Source: a virus
Taxonomy: Duplodnaviria > Caudoviricetes
IMG/VR virus record: IMGVR_UViG_3300031992_000016
Span: 1-64,000 of that record
Reading direction: 5' to 3' (one strand)
Length of the DNA: 64,000 nucleotides
Made by a program: the position numbers and the translations under genes. Positions 50,941 to 61,469 of the stretch are shown here, piece by piece (position 1 is the first letter of the stretch; every line of letters begins with the position of its first letter). Under the pieces are notes generated by a model. The model was given only the letters and a program-made list of their open reading frames with translations. It was not told where the DNA came from and made no database searches.

Positions 50941-51432
50941 ATGCGTAAGCCTATTCTATACATTATGTGCGGCATTCCTGGTAGCGGTAAATCTACCCTC
51001 GCTGAGAAGCTGATGCGCGACAAGGCTGATGAAGATATTCGATATGTTTCTCGTGATGAAATTCGGTTCCATTTACTTAAAGAAGGAGAAGATTACTTCT
51101 CTCATGAAGATGAAGTATATGATCGTTTTGTTGGAACCATTGCTAATACCCTGATTGATGGATTTGATGTCATTGCAGACGCAACTCACTGCAATCATGG
51201 CTCTCGGGCGAAGCTGTATAATTATCTGCGACTGTGGCATATGCCGCCCGAAGATTATGATGTTGTGTTTATCCAGATGACTACTTCTTTTGAAGAGTGC
51301 ATGAAGCGTAATGATTTGCGCGAAGGTGTGACTCATGTGCCAAAGTCTGTTATGAAGCGCATGTGGGCGCAGAGCACTTATCCTACTAAGCATGAATTCT
51401 CTAATGTTAAGGACGTGATCTATCATGAGTGA
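50941..51432 (+). CDS. Polynucleotide-kinase-like P-loop kinase (AAA_33)
   Basis: GIPGSGKST, SRDEIR, DAT, RN..R....VP. Confidence 0.85.
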   Translation: MRKPILYIMCGIPGSGKSTLAEKLMRDKADEDIRYVSRDEIRFHLLKEGEDYFSHEDEVYDRFVGTIANTLIDGFDVIADATHCNHGSRAKLYNYLRLWHMPPEDYDVVFIQMTTSFEECMKRNDLREGVTHVPKSVMKRMWAQSTYPTKHEFSNVKDVIYHE

Positions 51433-52030
51433 AATTTTTTTCACTTCTGACACTCACTTCTGCCACGAACAAGATTTTCTTTATGCACCACGCGGATGCT
51501 CATCTACTGAGGAAATGACAGAAAAGATTGTAAATCGTTGGAATGAAGTTGTAGGAAAAAATGATATTGTTTATCATCTCGGTGATGTGCTGATGGGACA
51601 TTATGATGTTAATATCCTATCCAGACTCAATGGTTCGATTAAATTAATTAGAGGCAATCATGACACCGATAAGAAATTGCGCGACATCTACGCGATTGGT
51701 AAATTGGCTACTGATAATATACTTACTAGCGAACTTATAAAGTTCGGCAAACTTTCGCTATTCTTGTGCCACTATCCAGTCCTTACTGCCAATTTCGATG
51801 ATAGGCATTTCAGTCAGCACGTGATTTCCCTGCATGGGCACACACATCAATCAAAGAACTGGTTATTCCCCTCTAACCCGTTCATATATCATGTGGGCCT
51901 TGATTCACACGATTGTTATCCGGTTCATATTGAAACCATCATTCAAGACATTAAGAACCGATGGAATGAATTGGGTACAATCAACGGCATACACCCTCTC
52001 GTCTCTGTAATGCCGGAATATCCCCTGTAA
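51425..52030 (+). CDS. Calcineurin-like metallophosphoesterase
   Basis: TSDTHF.H, HLGD, GNHD, HYP, HGHTH. Confidence 0.85.
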   Translation: MSEIFFTSDTHFCHEQDFLYAPRGCSSTEEMTEKIVNRWNEVVGKNDIVYHLGDVLMGHYDVNILSRLNGSIKLIRGNHDTDKKLRDIYAIGKLATDNILTSELIKFGKLSLFLCHYPVLTANFDDRHFSQHVISLHGHTHQSKNWLFPSNPFIYHVGLDSHDCYPVHIETIIQDIKNRWNELGTINGIHPLVSVMPEYPL

Positions 52031-52198
52031 ATGACTGAGCCTACACAAAGTAGGCTCTTTTTGTATCTACCACACCCTGAACTGCGATAACGGCCGGTGC
52101 CCCGGTCGGATGCACGCTAGCAAATTTTTTTACCAAAAAGGGCATATTTGACTTTTTCCATTTTTTTTGCTATAATAATTTCAAAGGAGTGAATTAAA

Positions 52199-52648
52199 AT
52201 GAAGCCAATAGTGTTTGATAAAATAGACCACACTACAATTTGTAAGCGACAGGTCAGAAATAAAATTTATACTGGTAAAGCAATCTGCCATCCGCACGAT
52301 TATGATTTTGAAAGCACGCTTGTAGGATAGAACTATGCTTATAGTCGTTCTCTTATTGCTGAGCTATGTGATAATCGTGATGCAAAAGCAGAGCAATTAA
52401 AAGTGTTAAAGCATGTGTATAATATTATGGAACAAAATAAAAATGTGCGCTTAGAAAGCGAGGAGTGCTATATCCTTCGTCGGCAGATTACTGTAACTGA
52501 GCGCGACTTACAGGAACTGCGCGATCTTATTCGCGCGATGAGAAAAGACTTACGCAACACTATTGAAGGGAGAGACAAAATGTATGCACGACTTCGAGAA
52601 ATCAGACGAGAACAAAATGTATCTAATTATGACACCGAGCGCGTTTAA
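52199..52648 (+). CDS. Hypothetical protein with 1 TAG
   Basis: RBS AAGGAG; GKAICHPHD...G[TAG]NYA..R in frame with ORF 52403. Confidence 0.75.
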
Positions 52649-53280
52649 ACAAATTGTATGGCATGGAGAATTGGCGCACCTAATGGAAAATATGAAAGCC
52701 AATGACCATAAGGTATATGTATATTCAGAAGTATATGAAGATTATGTATCTAGTTTTGAAAGTATGCCGCACTCTGAGGATATATTAAAATATTATTATG
52801 ATTTACATTTTATTCCACAAAGAACAAATACAACAGATGATATACGTTGTTTTGTAAATACATATTGTCCAGACAATGTATTAATTGTTGTATATAGTTT
52901 AGCAGAATTTAATTACCTCAATCGACTATTTAGCAATGATGAATTAATTCCTTATACAGATCCGCGTATATATGATTGGCCCATAGATAAAATTTTGTTA
53001 GACGTTAATAACAGATTTGGGGGCTAAAATTTGAAAAGTCAAGTAGGGAGATACTTGACTTTTTTTTATTTTTATGTTATAATATAAATGTGAAAGGATG
53101 AAAAGAGTATGAGTAATTTAGAAAAAGTTGAATTTACGTGTCCAGAATGTGGCACACAATGGACAGAATGGCAAGACCCAAGTGATGATTGGTTTAAACT
53201 GGCTACCAATCAAACTTTATGCGCAAACTGTGGCAAAGAAGTAATGAAACGGATTATCGACAAAATGGAGGATTCAGATA

Positions 53281-53823
53281 ATGAAGTTTTATCTAGCTGG
53301 CCCCGTAATCACGGATAATAAAGAAATTAAACAACAGATGGAAAAATTAGAAAAAGCCATCTATTGTATGAGATTGCCAGCCATTAATCCCGGCGAATGT
53401 GATATGCGCGATGATTATCCCGAGGTTTATAGACCTGGCAAGCATAAAGTACCAAATGCCTGGGGCATTGATATGGCGACTTGGGGTCAATGTGTATTTA
53501 CAATGGACGTGGTTGCCATTGATGAATGTGATTGGATGGTACTCGCGGACTATGGACGACAGGCCACAGCCGGCACTAGCTGGGAAGCAGGATATGCGTT
53601 CGCCAAAGGAGTAAAAATCCTTGTTGTGCAGATGCCGGGCGTAAAAGAAAGTAGTCTTATGACGCAAGGCTGCGCTGCGAATATCTGTAAATATGAAGAC
53701 TTTATTAGTGGTCTTGACTGCGATGAAGATAATTGGCGTGAATGGGATACAATTTGGGATGCTAAATTCAACCAGTTTTTCTTTGAGCGCGGTCGTGTGA
53801 AAAAAGAAATAACGCTAAACTGA
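53281..53823 (+). CDS. Second nucleoside 2-deoxyribosyltransferase-family protein
   Basis: MKFYLAGP, D..AIDECD, AGTSWEAGYAFAKG. Confidence 0.8.
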   Translation: MKFYLAGPVITDNKEIKQQMEKLEKAIYCMRLPAINPGECDMRDDYPEVYRPGKHKVPNAWGIDMATWGQCVFTMDVVAIDECDWMVLADYGRQATAGTSWEAGYAFAKGVKILVVQMPGVKESSLMTQGCAANICKYEDFISGLDCDEDNWREWDTIWDAKFNQFFFERGRVKKEITLN

Positions 53824-53835
53824 GGAGATAATTAA

Positions 53836-55740
53836 GTGAGTATTCATTTAGATTATGGTGTAAAAGATATAAAAACACTGGAAGGGATGGAAGCAATTCG
53901 TACCAGACCTGGTATGTATATTGGTTCTGTTGGCCCAGAAGGTGTTTGGCAAATTACATTGGAAATTATTTCTAATGCAATAGATGAATATCTGGTTGGT
54001 GCATGTGATAATATCGCTGTTACTATTGAGCCGCCATATGTAACCATCAGTGATAATGGCCGTGGCGTTCCTTTTGGTAAAAATGCTGATGGCGAAGAAG
54101 TATTAATTAATATTTATACAAAACTACATACTGGCGCTAAATTTGATAGTGATGGTAATACTGGTTATAATACTTCTGGCGGTATGAACGGCGTTGGCGC
54201 GAAAGCTACTAACGCACTATCTTCCTTTTTTAGAGTAGATAGTTTCCGTGATGGGAAACATGCACATGCTATTTTTAAGCAAGGACAACTTCAAGAGTAT
54301 AAAGTAGAACCATATGATGGAAAGGGTCATGGCACTAATGTGCGGTTTATCCCAGATGATAGCATTTTTACAGAAGGTATTGATTGCGACGTAACTCGCC
54401 TTCGTAAGCAACTTTGGGAACTCGCATATTTGTCTCCCGGTCTTCATTTTGCTCTCACCGTTGATGGGAAATGTGAGCAAATTGAGAGCAAAAATGGTCT
54501 TCTTGATTATCTGGACGTCTTAACTCAAAATCATAATAAATTAACCCAATCCTTTTCCGCAGAAACACAGCAAGATAGGATGCGGGTGCGGTTGGCATTG
54601 GTATATACTGATACATATAGTGATACGTATAAGCTCTTTACCAATAGTATCCCAAATACATCTGGTACGCATTTGACTGGTTTCCGTACCGCACTTACGC
54701 AAACAATCAATAAGTTTGCGCGTGCAAAGGGATTGCTAAAAGAAAAAGAAGATAATTTCACATCTGATGATTTAAAGGAAGGTTTAACGCTTATCCTTTC
54801 TTTAACAATGCCTGACCCAATATTTAGTGGGCAGACCAAAGATGTATTGACATCTGCGGAAGGCAGAACAATAGTTCAAAGTCTGTGCGCGAGTGAGTTA
54901 AATAATTGGTTCGCACAGAATGAAAAAGATGCGAAGGCTATTGTTAATAAAGCATTACTAGCACGTAAAGCAAGAGAGAGCGCACGCAAAGCAAAGGAAA
55001 ATACTCGTAACGCTGCAGTTAAGAACACAAGAATTACATTACCTGGTAAATTGGCAGATTGTAGCTCTAAAAATCGTAGCAGTTGTGAAGTATTTATTGT
55101 AGAGGGCGATAGCGCGGCTGGTAGTGCGAAAGAAGCGCGTGATCGCAACACTCAGGCAATTCTGCCAATCCGTGGTAAAATTCTAAATGTATTAAAAGCG
55201 GATTTAAACAAAGCTATGAGCAATGAAGAAATCAAGAGTATGATAGTTGGATTTGGTCTGCAAGTGCAGGGCAATAAAATTATTCTTGATGAATCAAAAC
55301 TCCGTTATGGTAAAATTATTATTATGGCCGATGCTGATGTGGATGGCGACCATATTAGATGTTTGTTTTTGACTTTCATTTGGAAGTTTTGTCCAGAACT
55401 TATTACCAAGGGATATATCTATGCCGCAGTGCCCCCATTGTTTAGAATTATCAAAGGCAAAGAATCATTTTATATTAAAGATGAAGCGGCATTGGCTGAG
55501 TATCAAAATAAAAATGCGTCAAGTAAATATCAAGTAAAACGTTTTAAAGGCTTAGGCGAAATGCCAGTAGAAGATTTGGAAGAATCTACTATGTCTATCC
55601 AAAACCGCACTTTAAAACAAATTACAATGAGTGATGTGCTGGGCGCAGCAGCTATGTTTAATAATCTGATGGGAGAGAGCAGCATTGCAAGAAAGAAATT
55701 CATCGAAGAAAACGCTGAACGGGCACAGCTTGATATATAA
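53836..55740 (+). CDS. gyrB: Type IIA topoisomerase subunit B (GyrB/ParE)
   Basis: RPGMYIG, EIISNAIDE, DNGRG, VEGDSA, PIRGK, DADVDG, RFKGLGEM. Confidence 0.95.
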   Translation: MSIHLDYGVKDIKTLEGMEAIRTRPGMYIGSVGPEGVWQITLEIISNAIDEYLVGACDNIAVTIEPPYVTISDNGRGVPFGKNADGEEVLINIYTKLHTGAKFDSDGNTGYNTSGGMNGVGAKATNALSSFFRVDSFRDGKHAHAIFKQGQLQEYKVEPYDGKGHGTNVRFIPDDSIFTEGIDCDVTRLRKQLWELAYLSPGLHFALTVDGKCEQIESKNGLLDYLDVLTQNHNKLTQSFSAETQQDRMRVRLALVYTDTYSDTYKLFTNSIPNTSGTHLTGFRTALTQTINKFARAKGLLKEKEDNFTSDDLKEGLTLILSLTMPDPIFSGQTKDVLTSAEGRTIVQSLCASELNNWFAQNEKDAKAIVNKALLARKARESARKAKENTRNAAVKNTRITLPGKLADCSSKNRSSCEVFIVEGDSAAGSAKEARDRNTQAILPIRGKILNVLKADLNKAMSNEEIKSMIVGFGLQVQGNKIILDESKLRYGKIIIMADADVDGDHIRCLFLTFIWKFCPELITKGYIYAAVPPLFRIIKGKESFYIKDEAALAEYQNKNASSKYQVKRFKGLGEMPVEDLEESTMSIQNRTLKQITMSDVLGAAAMFNNLMGESSIARKKFIEENAERAQLDI

Positions 55741-56356
55741 TGCCTGGCATCATGCAAAGACAATTCGCAAACATCGACGATGGGTGCGGCGATACTGTTT
55801 TAAAATAGGACTATATAAGAGAGGATTGATGCATGACTTCTCTAAATATTCTCCTATTGAATTTTTCACTTCAATAAAGTATTATACTGGTACAACTTCA
55901 CCGATTATTGAAGAGAAAAATCAAACAGGTGGATACTCTTTGGCATGGTTGCATCACAAAGGGCACAATCCTCATCACTATGAATATTGGATGGACAATT
56001 TTGATAAAAGCAAACAATATAATTTAACTCCGCAATGTCATTGTATGCCTTTTGAAGACTTTGCGGAACTAGTATGCGACTACCTTGGCGCCGCTCGCGC
56101 CTACGGTAAAAACTTCTCATATGCACATGAGTTAGATTGGTGGAGAGATAGACGCACTCGTATATCTATGCATCCAGCTAATGGTTTAATGTTAGATATT
56201 ATATTTCATGATTTAGCAGAAGCAGAAGCTATTAATGAAGTAAAAGAATTGTTTGCTAGGGATTATCTTGAAGCAGTATATAATGCAAATTGTCCAGTAT
56301 ATCTACGCACTAAAAATTACAAAGGAATACCACCATATATTCCATATGGAGACTAA
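55685..56356 (+). CDS. DUF5662-family (HD-like) protein
   Basis: HDFSKYS..EF, AWLHHKGHNPHHYEYW, CDYLGA; start uncertain. Confidence 0.75.
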   Translation: MQERNSSKKTLNGHSLIYNAWHHAKTIRKHRRWVRRYCFKIGLYKRGLMHDFSKYSPIEFFTSIKYYTGTTSPIIEEKNQTGGYSLAWLHHKGHNPHHYEYWMDNFDKSKQYNLTPQCHCMPFEDFAELVCDYLGAARAYGKNFSYAHELDWWRDRRTRISMHPANGLMLDIIFHDLAEAEAINEVKELFARDYLEAVYNANCPVYLRTKNYKGIPPYIPYGD

Positions 56357-56357
56357 A

Positions 56358-56984
56358 ATGCAACATATAGAGATATATACAGATGGTAGTGCCGCAAAAG
56401 CACGAAGTGGATGGGGATTTGTAGCAGTAGTAGATAATAAAATAATTACAAAAGCACAAAGTTTGCCAAAAGGCACAACTAACCAACATGCAGAATTGGT
56501 CGCCGCATTACAAGCATTAGATTGGTGGCGAGAACATTACCATGATGTATCATGTACAATTTATAGTGATAGCGCTTATCTAGTAAATTGTTACATTGAT
56601 GGTTGGTGGAAAAATTGGGTAAATAATGGTTGGTATAATACTTCTAAACAACCAGTAGTAAATAAAGAGGTGTGGCAATTACTGGTGCCGTATTTTACCA
56701 ATCCATATGTCCATATATGTAAAGTAACCGCGCATGTTGGTCATACTTATAATGAACTAGCTGATAAGCTAGCTCGTGGTATTGCTGTACCCAATTTTCA
56801 AGAAGAAATTAATTTGACAAAAACAAATAAATATGATATAATAAGTATAGAATTAAGTAATATTTTACTTGGTTTTCATGCAAATAAAAAATCTTATAAT
56901 GAAACAATTCATGCAATTATGAATATTATGATTAGGGAAGGAGTACAAATGGATGGAGAATATTATTCAAACACCGATAATTGA
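56358..56984 (+). CDS. rnhA: Ribonuclease HI
   Basis: IYTDGS, TNQHAEL, SDSAY, AH.G...NELADKLA. Confidence 0.9.
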   Translation: MQHIEIYTDGSAAKARSGWGFVAVVDNKIITKAQSLPKGTTNQHAELVAALQALDWWREHYHDVSCTIYSDSAYLVNCYIDGWWKNWVNNGWYNTSKQPVVNKEVWQLLVPYFTNPYVHICKVTAHVGHTYNELADKLARGIAVPNFQEEINLTKTNKYDIISIELSNILLGFHANKKSYNETIHAIMNIMIREGVQMDGEYYSNTDN

Positions 56985-59325
56985 AGAAGTAGAACAATCC
57001 TTCCTTGATTATTCTATGTCAGTTATCACAGATCGTGCAATTCCAGCGGCAGAGGATGGTTTAAAACCTGTTCAACGTCGTATCTTATGGGGAATGCTTG
57101 AAGGTGGTTTTAAATCTGATAAACCTACTGTTAAGTGCGCTCGGCCTGTTGGTGATGTCATGGGTAAGTATCATCCTCATGGTGACTCATCTATTTATGG
57201 CGCTCTTGTTACGATGTCTCAACCTTGGACAATGCGGTATCCGCTGATTGATTTCCAGGGTAATAATGGCAGTAGAGATGGTGATAACCCTGCCGCATAT
57301 CGTTATACTGAGTGTCGTTTGTCAAAAGTAAGTGAAGCAACCCTTGAACACATCAAAGATGATGCTGTTGATTGGGTTGATAACTTTGATGAAACAGAAA
57401 AAGAACCAGTATATTTGCCTGGTAAATTCCCAAACTTAATGTGTAATGGTACTACTGGTATTGCGGTTGCTATGGCATGTAATTTTGCACCACATAATTT
57501 AAAAGAAATTATGGATGCCGCAATTTGGGTCGAAGAAAATGGCAAAGAGAATGTTATCGCAGATGATTTAATGCAATTCGTTAAAGGTCCAGATTTCCCA
57601 ACTGGTGGTATTATTGTTAATCAAAAGGAATTGAAAAGCGTATATAGCACTGGTAAGGGAAGAGTGCGACTTCGCGGCGAATATACAATCGAAAATAAAA
57701 ATGGATATGAAACGATTGTATTTACATCTATTCCATATAAAGTATCAAAAGAACAACTGAGTAGTGAAATTGATGCCTTGTGCGAAGAAGGTAAATTAAC
57801 TGGTATTTCTGAAATTCGTGATGAAACAAATAAAAAAGGTGTTCGTTTTGTTATCGAATGTAATAAAGGTATTAGCGGAGATGTAATTGCTAAAAAATTA
57901 TATTCTTTAACAGACTTAGAGACAGTATTCAGCGTTAATAATGTAGCACTTGTCAATCATAAACCGCAGCAACTTACTCTTTATCAGATGATTAAGGTGT
58001 ATCTTGATCATCAGCGTGATGTGTTTATTAGAATGACACAGCATGAATACAATGAATTACAAATCAAGATTGAAGTTCTTAATGGTTTAATTAGAGCGAA
58101 TGAAGATATTGATAATGTAATTCAGTTGATTAAGAAGAGTAAAGATAAAACTGATGCACGAAATAAGTTAATTGAAAAATATCAGTTGAGTGCGCGGCAG
58201 GCAGATGCTATTTTGGATATGAAACTTAGCAGACTGTCTCAAATGGAAACGATGGATTTGTTAAATGACCGTGCTGAAAAAGAAAAAAGATGTTTATATC
58301 TTAACGAGATTTTAACAAATGATAGCTTTGCAAGCGCACAATTGGTATTGTCATTAAAAGCATTTAGAGATAAATTTGCTGATGAAAGACGAACCAAAAT
58401 CATTCAAGTAAATGAAGACCCAGAAGAAAAAGAAATTGAAGGTATCCAGCCAGAAGATTGCGTTGTTTGTGTAACGGAAAACGGCAATGTAAAAAGAGTT
58501 CCAAGCGCGAGTTTCAGAGCACAACGTCGTAATGGCAAAGGCGTAAGAACACAAGACGATATTAGTGTTATGACTTTGCGCACTAATACAATAGATGCGT
58601 TACTTATCTTCTCATCTTATGGTAAAGTATATCGTCTGCCAGTAATTGATATTCCTGTTGGTAATAATGTCGCGCGAGGAGTAAATGTAGCAACATTGGT
58701 GCCGATGGAGCAAGGTGAAAAATTTGTAACTGTCGCATCTGTTGATCATGGTGATAAAACTAGTTTTGTATGGTTCTTAACTGCAAATGGTTTGATTAAG
58801 AAAACACCTATTAGTGAATATCTTAATATTAAGCGTAAAACTGGCATTGTAGCAACTACACTTCGTGAAAATGATCATTTGGTTAAAGTCTTTATTACAG
58901 ATAATCATCCAATTTTGATTGTGACAAAAGAAGGTAAGGCAATTAAAATTGATGGTACAGAGGTTGCTCCATCGTCAAGAATATCTTCTGGTGTTAAAGG
59001 TATTGGATTAAATGAAACTGACAAGTGCGTAACAATGATACCTTTGACCAAAAGTCAAGTAATTATTTTCACAAAAACTGGTGGAGCAAAACGGATGGAT
59101 GCAACCGAATTTGTGATGCAACATCGTGGTGGAAAAGGTATTATTTGCTTAAAGAATGAAGAAATTGTTGATATACTTGGTGTCGAGGAAGATAGTAATG
59201 TACTGATAACTGGTTCTGCGCAGGCGATATGCATTGCTGTAAATGATATTCCAAAAGCAAGTCGTACCGCAGGTATAGTAAAAGTAATTAAAAACAGTGA
59301 TATAGTATCAACTGCGAGAGTTTAA
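56953..59325 (+). CDS. gyrA: Type IIA topoisomerase subunit A (GyrA-like)
   Basis: DGLKPVQRR, YHPHGD, AAYRYTE, GPDFPTG; GyrA-box-like QRRNGKG and beta-pinwheel repeats. Confidence 0.95.
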   Translation: MENIIQTPIIEEVEQSFLDYSMSVITDRAIPAAEDGLKPVQRRILWGMLEGGFKSDKPTVKCARPVGDVMGKYHPHGDSSIYGALVTMSQPWTMRYPLIDFQGNNGSRDGDNPAAYRYTECRLSKVSEATLEHIKDDAVDWVDNFDETEKEPVYLPGKFPNLMCNGTTGIAVAMACNFAPHNLKEIMDAAIWVEENGKENVIADDLMQFVKGPDFPTGGIIVNQKELKSVYSTGKGRVRLRGEYTIENKNGYETIVFTSIPYKVSKEQLSSEIDALCEEGKLTGISEIRDETNKKGVRFVIECNKGISGDVIAKKLYSLTDLETVFSVNNVALVNHKPQQLTLYQMIKVYLDHQRDVFIRMTQHEYNELQIKIEVLNGLIRANEDIDNVIQLIKKSKDKTDARNKLIEKYQLSARQADAILDMKLSRLSQMETMDLLNDRAEKEKRCLYLNEILTNDSFASAQLVLSLKAFRDKFADERRTKIIQVNEDPEEKEIEGIQPEDCVVCVTENGNVKRVPSASFRAQRRNGKGVRTQDDISVMTLRTNTIDALLIFSSYGKVYRLPVIDIPVGNNVARGVNVATLVPMEQGEKFVTVASVDHGDKTSFVWFLTANGLIKKTPISEYLNIKRKTGIVATTLRENDHLVKVFITDNHPILIVTKEGKAIKIDGTEVAPSSRISSGVKGIGLNETDKCVTMIPLTKSQVIIFTKTGGAKRMDATEFVMQHRGGKGIICLKNEEIVDILGVEEDSNVLITGSAQAICIAVNDIPKASRTAGIVKVIKNSDIVSTARV

Positions 59326-59412
59326 AAATAAATATTAATTATAGGAACCCATATTGGGATTATAATCAAATTACATTAGAAAACATAATGTCTGATAAAT
59401 GGTTAATAAAGG

Positions 59413-60576
59413 ATGAGTAAAATGCTTTGTATTGAACCTATGAAAATCAATAAAATCCCAGAAGGTAAAGAAGATCTTCTACCATCTATTTGTGCATCTG
59501 GTGAATATTTTGCACAAATTAAAAAGGATGGCTATTGGTATCAATTTGAAAAACAAGAAGGCGTGGCTTATCTTTGGAGTCGCACAACTTCAAAAGTAAC
59601 AGGAACACTTGCTGAAAAAGGCGCCAATGTTCCTCATATTATGGAGATTCTCGCGCCGCTTCCAGCTGGCACAGTTATTATTGGTGAAATCTATTATCCT
59701 GGTAAAGAATCAAAAGATGTAACACCAATAATGGGAGCATTACCTGAGAAAGCGGTTGAACGGCAGCAAGGTGAATATGGTCCATTACATTATTATATTC
59801 ACGATATGATTTATTATAATGGACGTAATCTTATGGATGTCGGTGCGGCAGTGCGCTATGATTTACTTAAAAAGGTTTATGAAAAATATCGTCTTGGCGA
59901 TTTTGAAGTAAATGATGAGCAGATTATTGAATTAGCAGAGCGCTTTGATGATGATATTTTAAATAAAATTAATGAAGTGCTTGCCGCGGGTGAAGAAGGT
60001 ATGGTTCTTAAAAAGAAGACTGCCCCATATACGCCTGGTAAGCGACCTGCATGGGATACAATTAAAGTTAAAAAGACCGATGGTTGTGATGCCATTCTTA
60101 TGGGCTTTAATGCGCCAACAGTAGTATATGATGGAAAATTGGACATTGGAGAAAATTATACTGGCGCAGATGCTGATAATTGGTCTTATTGGGCAACGTT
60201 TGAATTGACAAATGCTGATACAACAAAATTGATTGAGCGTAAGCCTATTGGTGACAGGTCTATTGAATTAGAAGAAAAACAAGTAATTTATCCTGTTACA
60301 AAAGCATTTTACTATGGATGGCCAACAGCAATTAAGATTGGTGCATATGATAAGGATAATAAAGTTGTACAAATTGGCACCGTATCTTCCGGCTTAACCG
60401 AAGAATTAATGCAAGATTTTGTGCAACATCCATTTAAATATCTTAATACTGTTGTAGAATTGCGCGGAATGGAAAAACATAATGAAGACCACACACTGCG
60501 GCACTTCTATTTTAAAGGTTTCCGTGATGATAAAGATCCAACTGAATGTACTATTGATTCAATTTTTGGAGGTTAA
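59413..60576 (+). CDS. ATP-dependent DNA ligase
   Basis: KKDG, GEI, EGMVLK, KVK, C-terminal OB domain with R.DK. Confidence 0.9.
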   Translation: MSKMLCIEPMKINKIPEGKEDLLPSICASGEYFAQIKKDGYWYQFEKQEGVAYLWSRTTSKVTGTLAEKGANVPHIMEILAPLPAGTVIIGEIYYPGKESKDVTPIMGALPEKAVERQQGEYGPLHYYIHDMIYYNGRNLMDVGAAVRYDLLKKVYEKYRLGDFEVNDEQIIELAERFDDDILNKINEVLAAGEEGMVLKKKTAPYTPGKRPAWDTIKVKKTDGCDAILMGFNAPTVVYDGKLDIGENYTGADADNWSYWATFELTNADTTKLIERKPIGDRSIELEEKQVIYPVTKAFYYGWPTAIKIGAYDKDNKVVQIGTVSSGLTEELMQDFVQHPFKYLNTVVELRGMEKHNEDHTLRHFYFKGFRDDKDPTECTIDSIFGG

Positions 60577-61134
60577 GATGTATATTATTGTATGGCAGGA
60601 TGAATTTGAGCATATAATTATTGATACCCATGCTCCTGTCTTTGATGATTATTATCTCGCAGTTGATTATGTTTCACGCAAAAATGAAAAATTTGCCGAA
60701 TCATCTTATTATCACAAGCGTTGGATTTATGAGGTCAAATAAAAAATAATTGACTTTATAAAAAATTTTTGATATAATATATATGAAGATAAGGAAAGGA
60801 AGAAAAAAATCGTGACTAAGAAACAACGCAAGCGCTTGGCACAACAGTTGGCTGAACTTGAACATATCATCCAGACTAGTGAAGATCGAAACGCAGTAAG
60901 AGATGCGCAAGAGCGTATGATGCAAATGCAAGAGGCCGCAGATATGAATACGGAAGATATGTGCGCGGTTGATGAAATGGTCCAGGATATTTTACAAACC
61001 TTGACTTATTAAAAAATTTTTGGTATAATAAATGTAGTTAATAATTGAGGGGCAAAAAAATCCACCCGTCAGATTATTATAAATACTATAAAAAATAGTG
61101 GTAAAACCACAGGAAAAAAAGGAGAAATGTTGTT

Positions 61135-61413
61135 ATGGCTATGAGTGAGAATTCTAAGAAGGTTATTACGTATCTGCAGGGTCTGGATAAGAACGCTAAT
61201 GTGACTGCCGGTGATGTGGCAGACGCTCTGGGCCTTGAAAAGCGCAGTGTTGATGGTGTCTTTACTTCCGCTATTCAGCGCAAGCATCTTGGTGAGCGCG
61301 TTGAAGCTGAAATTGAATTGGACGATGGCACCCACAAGAAGGTTAAGTTCCTGCACTTGAACGCTGATGGTTATGCGTTTGATCCTAACGCTGAGCCAGT
61401 TGCGGCTGAATAA
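61135..61413 (+). CDS. Small winged-helix DNA-binding protein
   Basis: VTAGDVADALGLEKRSVDG. Confidence 0.75.
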   Translation: MAMSENSKKVITYLQGLDKNANVTAGDVADALGLEKRSVDGVFTSAIQRKHLGERVEAEIELDDGTHKKVKFLHLNADGYAFDPNAEPVAAE

Positions 61414-61469
61414 TTTAGTGTAATTAGTTAGGGGAGACGATACTACATTGTCTCCCCTATTTTACTCGA

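Noticed and set aside
52075-52135. GC-rich patch after the terminator as an ncRNA
   Set aside because: Single short imperfect hairpin with no second copy or recognisable motif
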